A DNA stretch of 18,445 bases from Thecamonas trahens ATCC 50062 (lineage: Eukaryota > Protista > Apusomonadida). Position 1 is the stretch's first letter. The number at the start of each line of letters is the position of its first letter. Below, piece after piece: positions 1 to 8,623 of the stretch. The notes below the pieces were generated by a model. It saw only the letters and a list, made by a program, of their open reading frames with translations, did not search any database and had not been told where the DNA came from. A program made the position numbers and the translations under genes. The stretch lies in NCBI RefSeq assembly GCF_000142905.1, contig NW_013657647.1:389328-407772 (forward strand). The letters are read 5' to 3'.

Positions 1-52
1 TCCCCCCCTTCCTCCTCTCCCCCTCTCCCCCTCTCCCCCCCCTCCCCATCAG

Positions 53-873
53 CCATACTCACACTCATGGAGGTTATTGGGAGGAGATATAGGTTCGCTT
101 GACCAGGGCACGCGGGTCATGCTCCATGGTCAGGAGCCGTCGCTCAACCAGGTGGCTGTTCCGGATGCCTCGGGTCGGTTTGTGTTGTATGTGAGGGCAG
201 GGGGTGAGGAGGAGGAGGAGGAGGGGGAGGGGGAGGAGAGAGAGAGAGAGAGTGTGATGATGGCGATGGATGCTGTGATGGCGATGGATGCTGTGATGAC
301 GATCGTTGCTGTGATGGCGATCGATACTGTGGTACGGTTGTTGGATGGGGGACTCATGGGTGTGGATGGGATGTGGGCATGATGAGTAGTGATGGCATTC
401 CGGAGGTGAACAGCCAGTATCGGGTGGATGTGGTGAGCATGGAGTACGAGTTCATGGCGGCGCGGGTCATTGTGTCACCGGGCAAGAAGCCAATGATGCG
501 GGCCAAGGCGGCAAACGACTCGACGATCCGGCTGGCGTACCCGCTTGTGCTCAAGCCGATCGCTCCTGCAGTTTTCCTTACCGAGCCGCAGACGACATCG
601 ATTCTCTCGATGGTGCTGGGCAACCCCATGATCCTGATGATGGTGGTCATGGGTGGGCTCTCCATGCTCATGCCCAAGCTGATGGAGAACCTCGACGACG
701 AGGCCAAGGAGGAGCTCAAGAATTCAACCTTTGCCAAGTCGCAGGCCCAGGCCAACAACTTTGACGTCGTCGGCTCGCTGTCATCAGCCGCGGCCTCGTG
801 GTCCGCCCCCAGTGACGACACCCCGGCTCTGACTCCGTCCACCAAGGCGACCAAGTCCAAGAAGCGGCGCTGA
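53..873 (+). CDS. EMC7: ER membrane protein complex subunit 7 (5'-partial; exons ~53-186 and 390-873)
   Basis: Removing intron 187-389 (GTATGT...TAG, phase 2) gives ...TRVMLHG...PDASGRFVFDGIPEVNSQYRVDVVSMEYEFMAARVIV...YPLVLKP...FLTEPQTTSILSMVLGNPMILMMVVMGGLSMLMPKLMENLDDEAKEEL...KSKKRR. This matches the EMC7 beta-sandwich, NPM-led TM helix, 'PKL-x-ENxD' motif and basic tail. A pyrimidine tract (1-50) ending CAG at 50-52 suggests an upstream intron, with the signal-peptide exon outside the window. Confidence 0.88.
187..389 (+). other. Spliceosomal intron of EMC7, purine-rich and low-complexity
   Basis: GTATGT donor and TAG acceptor; splicing joins TT+T to restore the FVF-DG frame. Contains GAG/GA runs and 18-bp GTGATGGCGATGGATGCT-like repeats. 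Confidence 0.8.
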
Positions 874-1232
874 AGTAACATGCCGCCATCAGATCCCCTC
901 CCCCCTCACCTTCTGTCTATCTCTCCTCCATACGCCTCCCCCCCCACCCCCTCCCCCCTCTGTCCACTGTCCATCTGTTCTGCCCCTCCGATCTCCCGCC
1001 CCAATTATCTCTCCTATCCCGTTGATCCCGCTGGTCCCTTCCATCCCGCTGATCGCCGGCTGTCCCCCCCCCCCCCCCTCGCCGCCTCGCCGCCTGTTGG
1101 GGAGACTGTCCCATCCCCGCGTGACCGCATGCGTGACCAGCAGGCACCACCCGTCGGGGGCGACCCAGGCAGACGGGACCGGGTTACCGAGCCACCACCC
1201 CTCTCCCCCCCTCTCCTACTCTTACTGCTGGT

Positions 1233-4200
1233 ATGAGGGTCTCTACTCTCCTCGCAGCCGTCCTGGCCTTGACCATGGTCGGCCTCGTCGCGCATGCCCA
1301 GACACAGTCGCCGCCTCCGCCGCCTGCTACCGCATCGCCACCTCCGCCGCCTGCTACCGCATCGCCTCCGCCGCCTGCTACCGCATCGCCACCTCCGCCT
1401 GCTACCGCATCGCCTCCGCCGCCTGCTACCGCATCGTCCTTGGAAAAACTCCCGATGGTAGAGATTAGAGACCACGGCTTCCCCGCCGCCTCCACCATCC
1501 CCGCCACCGCCATCCCCGCCACCACCGCCGCCACCATCCCCGCCGCCGCCTTCTCCGCCGCCGCCGCCGTTCTCATCGCCGCCGCCGCCGCCGTCCCCGC
1601 CTCCTCCGCCGCCATTCCCGCCACCACCACCGCCATCTCCCCCGCCACCATCGCCGCCGCCACCTCCGCCGCAGCCGACGGTCACCTCCACCGACCCGCA
1701 CGCCGGAGCCAACGACGTGCCGCTCACCGCCACCATCCGGGTCACCTTTTCGACTCCGATGGAGGCGACCACCACGGCTGCGGCGTTCTCGATCGCCCCG
1801 GCCGTCATCGGCTCGCTCTCGCTGGCCGACGCCACGACGCTGGTCTTCACTCCGGCAAGCCTCCTGCCTAACGACGCCACCTTTGTCGTTGGCGTCAACG
1901 GATCGGCCATGTCCATCGCCGGCATTCCTCTTGCTGGTGCCATCGCCTTTAACTTTACTACCTCGCCGCACCCATACGTGGTGGCCATGAGCCCGGCGCC
2001 GCACGATCCGGTCGTCGCTCCGACAGCGCCGATTGTCCTTACCTTCACCGCGCCCATGAACCAGGCGGCCACCCTCGCAGCGTTCTCCACGACGCCGGCG
2101 CTCCCTGGCACGGTCTCGCATGTATGGAACGCGGCTGGAACGGTCCTCTCTGTCAGTCACACTGGCCTGTTTGGCTCGACATCGACGTATTCGGTCAATG
2201 TGTCATCGGCGGCGACGTCGGCTGCCGGTGTAGCTCTTGCACCGCCGTTTGGCGCTGACTTTACCGTGGTCTCTGTGCCCATTGTCACCGCGTTCTACCC
2301 GCCCAACGGACAGACCGGCGTTGCGCCGTCTGAGACCGTTGTCGTCCACTTTTCTCGCGCCATGGACACGTCCCAGGCCGAGACGGCGTTCTTCCTCTCC
2401 GGCCCGACCGGCAATGTCACCGGTGCAATCACGTGGCTCCAGTCCGGATCCGTCCTTGTCTTTACGCCAGCTGCTGACCTCGTCCCTGGCAGTATGTACA
2501 CCGCGGCGATCGGTCCATCGGCCCGCGACCTCGCCGGCGTTCCGCTCTACCGACCGTACACAGCCTCATTCTCGGTCGCCTCACCGCCGATTATCACAAG
2601 CTCGCTGCCGGCCAACAACTCGGCGTCGGTCTCGGTCTTTGCCTCGGTGGCCATCACGTTCTCGCAAGCGATGGCGCCCGACACCACGACGGCCGCGTTT
2701 TCGCTCACCCCGCACGCCCCAGTCGCTTGTGCCATGGCCAACGACAACCATAAGCTGGTCTGCGTCCCGACTCTGGGCCTCTCTTCATCGACAGTGTACG
2801 TCGCGGCGCTGGCGCCGACTGCCATCTCGCTCGCGGGAGATCGCCTCGCCGGCCCGCACACCATTATCTTTTCCACAGAAGGCGCGCCGTCGGTGGCTAG
2901 CGTCGACCCGGCCGACGGCGCGACTGGTGTCTCGGTTGTCGCCAGCATCGCCATCACTTTTACCACGCCCATGGCGACGTCGGCCACTGCCGCCGCCTTT
3001 GCGCTCTACCCGTCGTCGGGCGGACCGGCCGACGCCGTCGCCGGCGTCGCTTCGTGGTCGACTGACAAGACACGTCTGACCTTTGATCTTGCGGGTGGAA
3101 GCCAGCTCGGGTCGGACACCAGCTACAGCGTGCTTGTAGGCCCCGGCGCCCGCTCTGAGGCAGGCACTCCGCTCCAGGGCGGCACGTTTGCCTCGACCTT
3201 TACTACCGTCACCGTCCCGCAGCTGTTGGGCGCTACGCCGGCCGCTGGCGCGGCTGACCTGCCATCGGGCGCGCCGCTTGCGCTCGCACTGTCGTTCAAC
3301 GTGGCCATGAACAGCGGGTCGCTCGCAGCGGCGACCGTCGTCACCATCTTTGACCAGACCCGCGCCGAGCTCGGCCCGCTCAACGGCACGCTCGGCTGCA
3401 ACGGCGAGGCCAAGGTTTGCACCTTTTCCTCGATCTCGCCGCTCGACACCCTCCGCACCTACCGAGTCGACGTTTCGGCTGCCGCTGAGGCCGCCGACGG
3501 CACGCCGCTGGCGGCGCCGATCAGCTTTCTCCTCTCAACCTCGGGCATCCCGGTGGCGAGCAGCACAAGCCCCGCAGCGCACTCTCCGGGAGCCGACCCA
3601 CTCGCAGCCTTGAGCGTGACCTTTACCCAAGCGATGGCCCCTGCTCCCACCGGCGGCGCCATCCAGCTCTTCCGCGGGACCAACACGTCAGCGCCGGTGG
3701 CTGGCCTCGGCGCGCCGGTGTGGAGCAGCGGTGACACGATGGCGAGCATGGCACCGCCGCCGGGCGGTCTTGCACCTGGCACGATCTACACCCTCACGGT
3801 GGGCGGCGCCGCCGTCGGAAGCAACGGTGCGCTGCTGCGGAGCGAAGTGATTGTCCCGTTTGTGACGTGGACGCCGCCAGTGGTGACCTTTGTTGCGCCG
3901 CGAGCCTCGTCGCCGACCGACCGCTTCCCCCGGAGCTCAAGCCTCCAGCTCCAGTTTTCCGAGCCAATGGACGTGACCTCGCTGCTCAGCGGCGGGCTTG
4001 TCTGCCTCTCGCATCCGGACTTGCTCGCGCCGGACAACGTGACGGTGGCGTGGTCGCTGGGCGACACCTACGTCCAGATTGGGTTTGTGTCCGGCCTCGG
4101 CTCGGGCATCAACTACACGCTTGCGCTCGAGGCCGGGGCGCTGCGTGCAGCGTCGGGTGCGCCGCTGACAGTCACCTACACCTGGTCGTTCACCACGCTC

Positions 4201-5715
4201 ATCACGCCGCATGTGACGGCGGTCACGCCTGCTGACGGGACGGACTCGGTCCCGCTCCGTCCGCAGGTCACCGTGGACTTTTCGGTGAGCATGATCCCGT
4301 CGTCGGTCTTTGCCGCGTTTTCGGTTGCGCCAAGCAATGGTGGCAAAGCGGTTCTGGGCTACGCGCACTTTGCGGCGTCGTCACAGACTTTGCTGGTGTG
4401 GACACCGCAGGAAGACCTGGTGCCGGGCACGACGTACACCGCGCGTGTGGCGTCGACCGCGACGTCGGCCGCCGGCGCGCGGCTCCCGGCCGAGGTGACA
4501 TGGTCGTTTACGGTCACAGGCGTACCGCGCGTGTTGGCGGTCTCACCCGCAGACGGCACGAGCAACGTATGGGCGACGTCGGCCATTGAGCTCACTTTCT
4601 CTCGCGAGATGGACCGGGCGTCGACACTGGCTGCGCTACAGATCACGCCGGCGCTCGATGGCGCCACAGTGGCATGGTCGGAGACCTCGCGACAGCTACG
4701 ACTGACACCCGACGCGCGCGGCCTTGCGCTCGACGCGCGATACTCGCTGGAGCTCTCGACGCAGGCACGCGGCAGCAACGGGCTCAACCTCACGGTGCCG
4801 TTTGTGTCGTCGTTCACCACCTCGCGGCTCGATCCGTTTGCGCGGTGCAGCGACAAACCGGGCATCCTCTGCGGCGAGTGCCAGTTCATTTCACCGTCGT
4901 GCGCGTACAACTTTACGTCGGGCACGTGCCAGCTTGGGTACAACCGGGCGCAGTGCGCGCTGCCGGCGAGCCAGTGCTTTGACAAGTACCGGCTGCACAC
5001 ATCCATCGGATATGGCGTGGGCGGGGCTGCGTTGGCGCTTGTGGTCGTGGGCGTACTCGCGCTCATGGCCATGGGCCTCCGGACGGGACTGGAGGCTGCG
5101 GTGGTGATGAGCGTGCTGCTTGCGGTCGGCCTAGGCACGGCAGCGCTCGCCGTCCCGCAGTGGCGGTTTGACGACGAGAGCCCCGAGTTTGCAGCCGGCG
5201 TGGACATCCTCGTCGTCACCGGTCTGTTTTCGGGCAAGCTCGTGACGTCGTCTGCGGCGGGCGACGCATCGAGTGGGTGCACGGCGACGACGATCAAGGC
5301 TGGGCAGCTAACGAGCGAGTACAAGAAGGGATCGTACATTGCGGCGACTGGGCTTGCGCTCAGCCTCGTGGCGCACGTTGTTGGTGTCGCCCTCCTCGCC
5401 ATTGTCAAGCGCGAGGCTTCGGGCTACTTTAGTTTTGCTTCGGAAGCTGCAGAGCGGCGGCGCAAGCGGCTCACACCGTTTGTCTTCTGCTTTGGCGGCC
5501 TTGCAGCTGGTGCCGGCATCGGTGCGTGGCTCGGGATCTCGCTCGACAGCGGCAGCATCGGGGTGGCGCCGCTCTTTGGCCTCGGAGCCAGCGGGATCGG
5601 CCTTGTTGCCGGCCTTGCCCTTGCTTGGTCGTGGCGGCCATCGCGATCGGGCTACGTTGAGTTTGGCGATGCCATGGTCGAGCTTGACCCAAACGTCCAC
5701 TATGCGCTCAAGTGA
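1233..5715 (+). CDS. Large cell-surface protein: signal peptide, Pro-rich stalk, 10 Big_5-like Ig repeats, PSI-like module, 5 TM helices (frame change near 1436-1471)
   Basis: MRVSTLLAAVLALTMVGLVAHAQ signal peptide at 1233. SPPPP repeats continue in the +1 frame after ~1471, and that frame stays open into ORF 1717-5715. Ten ~105-aa repeats follow P-x-V-xx-x-P-x-xG-xx-V...I-x-(V/L)-x-F-S-x-(P/A)-M...Y...F-T-T. Then CSDKPGILCGECQFISPSCAYNFTSGTC...C...C and five hydrophobic segments. Confidence 0.85.
1306..1677 (+). repeat. Coding Pro-rich repeats: (SPPPP[P]ATA)x4, then SPPPP extensin-like tract
   Basis: CCGCCTGCTACCGCATCG units of 24-27 nt at 1306-1437; CCG/CCA-rich tract at 1480-1677. Confidence 0.9.
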
Positions 5716-5734
5716 AGTGTACGATCTGGTTGGG

Positions 5735-6048
5735 GAGTGTGAGTGGGCGATGTGTGTGTGTGAGTGGGCGATGTGTGTGTGTGTGTGAGTGGGCGATGTG
5801 TGTGTGTGTGTGAGTGGGCGATGTGTGTGTGTGAATGGGCGATGTGTGTGTGTGTGTGTGTGTGTGTGGGCGATGTGTGTGTGTGTGTGAGTGGGCGATG
5901 TGTGTGTGTGAGTGGGCGATGTGTGTGTGTGTGTGTGTGGTGGGCGATGTGTGGATGTGTGTGTGTGTGTGTGAGTGGGCGATGTGTGTGTGTGAGTGGG
6001 CGATGTGTGTGTGTGTGTGAGTGGGCGATGTGTGTGTGTGGGCGATGG
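5735..6048. repeat. Compound minisatellite [GAGT]GGGCGAT(GT)n, 13 copies
   Basis: 13 GGGCGAT anchors separated by variable-length TG dinucleotide runs. Confidence 0.95.
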
Positions 6049-6186
6049 GCTTTGGGGCAGGAGGCGGGAGGCTGGAGACTGCGACAACAATCAGCTGACT
6101 CCACCAAAGGTGGAGGAGGGGAAGGAAGGCACGAGCGAGAGCAAGAGCAAGAGCGAGCAGGAGCAAGCGCGTGTGTTTCGGTGAGT

Positions 6187-6819
6187 ATGGGCATCTTCAG
6201 CAAGAGCCTGAGTGCTGTGGAGAAGCTCGAAGCGGACGTTGTGGTCAATGCGACGTATCCGCTTCAACGACGAGATGACGGAGTGCTCCGTATGTGGAAG
6301 AGGTACCATGTGGTGTATGTGGCCGGTGCTGCTGTCGTCGTCACCTCGGCTGCTACCATTGTTCTCGCATTGGCTGGTGCTGTTCTTGAGTTTTACTTTG
6401 TCCTCGTCCTTGCTGCTCTCCTCATGTCCATCATTGCTCTGGTGGCATACAAGGACATTCGATACCTGACCATTGCTCCCTTGGATGGTTGGTACTCGTT
6501 TGAACTCTCGTCAAAGTCGGCGCCCATCGTCAAGGCTCCGCTACACAACGTTTATCTTCGCATTGAGCGGCAGACGGGCTTCTCGGGGAAGACCTACTAT
6601 GTTCTGGTACTCAATGGCTACATGATGGACAAGTTCATTCTCTCGGCCGCCGTGCCCTCGTCAGACGTTGACGATCTCCGCAAGATCGCAAACGTCCTCG
6701 CGTACAACATAGGCATCAACTACTTTGACGTCGCTAACATTTCCAGGCTCCACACTGTCCGCCATCACCGCCCCAAAGCAGACAACCCGCTGCGTGCTAC
6801 CCTGCCGCTTGGCATGTGA
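6187..6819 (+). CDS. TMEM249: TMEM249 / CatSper-theta-like two-TM protein (210 aa)
   Basis: N-terminal YP motif, two TM helices, then HNVYLRI...YYVLVLNGY...LRKIANVLAYNIGINYFDVANISRLHTVRH. The terminal NYFD-x3-S/IS-x2-H-x-VRH signature is characteristic of TMEM249. The ORF-track extension upstream of 6187 is only TG repeat. Confidence 0.8.
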   Translation: MGIFSKSLSAVEKLEADVVVNATYPLQRRDDGVLRMWKRYHVVYVAGAAVVVTSAATIVLALAGAVLEFYFVLVLAALLMSIIALVAYKDIRYLTIAPLDGWYSFELSSKSAPIVKAPLHNVYLRIERQTGFSGKTYYVLVLNGYMMDKFILSAAVPSSDVDDLRKIANVLAYNIGINYFDVANISRLHTVRHHRPKADNPLRATLPLGM

Positions 6820-6972
6820 CTCTGTCCTTGAGCAGAGCGCCTTGCTGGTACAACCAGAGCGTATGCTTGATGGATGCTCGTTCATTGACTGTACCGCAGG
6901 CAGAGTGCGGCGCGCCAAGAGTGTATTTTGGTGCGGCGCAGACGGCGAGCAGCTGCCATGGCGCAGGGTGGA

Positions 6973-7742
6973 TCACTTGCGCCGCTTTGGTGGGCGGGCG
7001 ATGCGGTTGTCCTTGAGGATGCTCTTTGTGGAGCGCCGGCGCTTGCCACGGGTGATGTCGTGCTGGATCTTGTCCGAGATGTGGAGCGTGCCCTTCTTAA
7101 AGACACCGACCGAGGCCTTGATGCCGCGCATACCCTTTGCGTACTCGTTCGGGCCACGGCGCATCTTGCGAAAGTCGTCGAGGCGATGACCCTCGCCGCG
7201 GGTCTTGGCTTTGCGCTCAAAGATGCCCATCTGCTGCTGATGCAGCTTGGCCTTGGCCTCGCGCTTCTTCTTGGCCTCAGCCAAGCCGATGCGGACGGCG
7301 CGCGGGCCTTCTCCTTCTTGAACGGCTTGGCGCCGAGCTTCATAGCTCTCCGTTCGAGCCACTCGCGCTTGGACTTGGCCTTCTTCAGCGTCTTGCCGAT
7401 GTATTTGTCCAGCTCGTCCTCCACCTGTGCCAGTTCCAGTTCTGGTCGCCCAGGCTTTGTCGACTCGACCTCTGCGTCGCCTCCAGACCGTCCCCGTCCG
7501 GATCCGCGCTTCTTCTTCCCAGCACCACCGATATATGTACTTGCCGCTACGTCCTCCTCCACAATCTCCAGCCGGGAACTCGACACAGGCCGCCTCCGCA
7601 CCCCACCACCGGTCCGATTCCCACCCGGCCGTCCCCCGCTGGTCGCTCCCCGCCCACCGCCCGTCTGTCGTCCAACACTCCCCACGGCCTTGACCTCAAT
7701 CTCCCCGCTCGACGACGACGAGCACGAGCCAGACTCAGACAT
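6973..7742 (-). CDS. FAF1: Faf1 / C1orf131 (DUF4602)-like 40S/SSU processome assembly factor; 1-nt frameshift at ~7304-7306
   Basis: ORF from 7742 gives ...KREWLERRAMKLGAKPFKKEK. The adjacent frame continues PRAVRIGL...KKKREAK...QQMGIF...SVGVFKKGTLHIS. LGAKP and VGxFKxGTLxxS are the two conserved family motifs. Adding one C to a CCC run (minus strand) fuses them into ~256 aa. Confidence 0.78.
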
Positions 7743-8263
7743 GCTTACACCTGCGCTCGCCTACACACTCGCCTCAAGTTTGGCGTCACGTGGTGTCCGT
7801 CCAGCACGCCTCTGCCCCCTCCGTCTCCCAATCCCACCGTGTCCCGAGATGGATGGGCTGAAGCAGGATCGGCTTGGGGCTCCGTTCGCGTCGGACACGG
7901 GCTCGAGCACAGCTGGGCGATGGTCACGGCCTGGTTGCCAGATTGTGCAGCGGGATGGTGGCCAGTCTGCGTGTTTAGCATAAACCCATGGTGGAGAAGA
8001 GTAGCGTCGTCTGATTTCAAGATGATGGGTGTGGGGAGGTGCAGTGGCGGCCAAGGCGACGTGTCGCTCTCAGCTGGTTGAGTCGCAGTCGGCGTGGGCG
8101 CATGTGGCAAGGATTGACAGATGAAGCGATTGTGGCATGGGGAGAGGCGGAGGTGTGGGTATAGACGACGTCGACGTGTCTGTGCCAGAAGAGGCCGATG
8201 ATGAGGCCATGGCTGCGGGAGAAGTGAAGGTCGTGGCTCCGGGCTTTGCCTGTCGGGCTCACT

Positions 8264-8572
8264 AGTACGATTAACTCTTGTAAGGTTAATGGTAGTCTCG
8301 GCCAGTACGATTAACCCTTGTAAGGTTAATGGTAGTCTCGACCAGTACGATTAACTCTTGTAGGGCTAATGGTAGTCTCGGCCAGTACGATTAACTCTTG
8401 TAAGGTTAATGGTAGTCTCGGCCAGTACGATTAACTCTTGTAGGGCTAATGGTAGTCTCGGCCAGTACGATTAACTCTAAAGGTTAATGGTAGTCTCGAC
8501 CAGTACGATTAACTCTTGTAAGGTTAATGGTAGTCTCGACCGTACGATTAACTCTTGTAGGGCTAATGGTAG
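8264..8572. repeat. Tandem array of ~8 copies of a 40-bp AT-rich imperfect palindrome AGTACGATTAACTCTTGTAAGGTTAATGGTAGTCTCG(G/A)CC
   Basis: Units start at 8264, 8304, 8344, 8384, 8424, 8464 (38 bp), 8502 and 8542 (partial). No unique spacers. Confidence 0.97.
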
Positions 8573-8623
8573 CGGGGCGAGGGCACGACACCCCTCTCCC
8601 GTGGCGCAACAAGGCACGGCAGC

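Noticed and set aside
1014-2111. Gly-rich minus-strand ORF
   Set aside because: Antisense reading of the poly-Pro stalk and first Ig repeats.
5308-6186. His/Thr-rich and Cys/Val-rich ORFs (THTH.., CVCV..), including the N-terminal extension of ORF 5764-6819
   Set aside because: These are translations of the TG minisatellite, not real protein.
6928-8081. Long + strand ORFs (351 aa and 314 aa)
   Set aside because: Antisense shadows of the Faf1-like gene in GC-rich DNA, with no recognisable motifs.
8270-8295. Resemblance of the 40-bp unit to the LSU rDNA homing-endonuclease/R2 target (..ACTCTCTTAAGGTAG..)
   Set aside because: Only a short gapped similarity, with no flanking rDNA sequence.
8264-8572. 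CRISPR array
   Set aside because: The units are palindromic and of CRISPR-like size, but they abut directly with no unique spacers, there are no cas genes and the context is eukaryotic.
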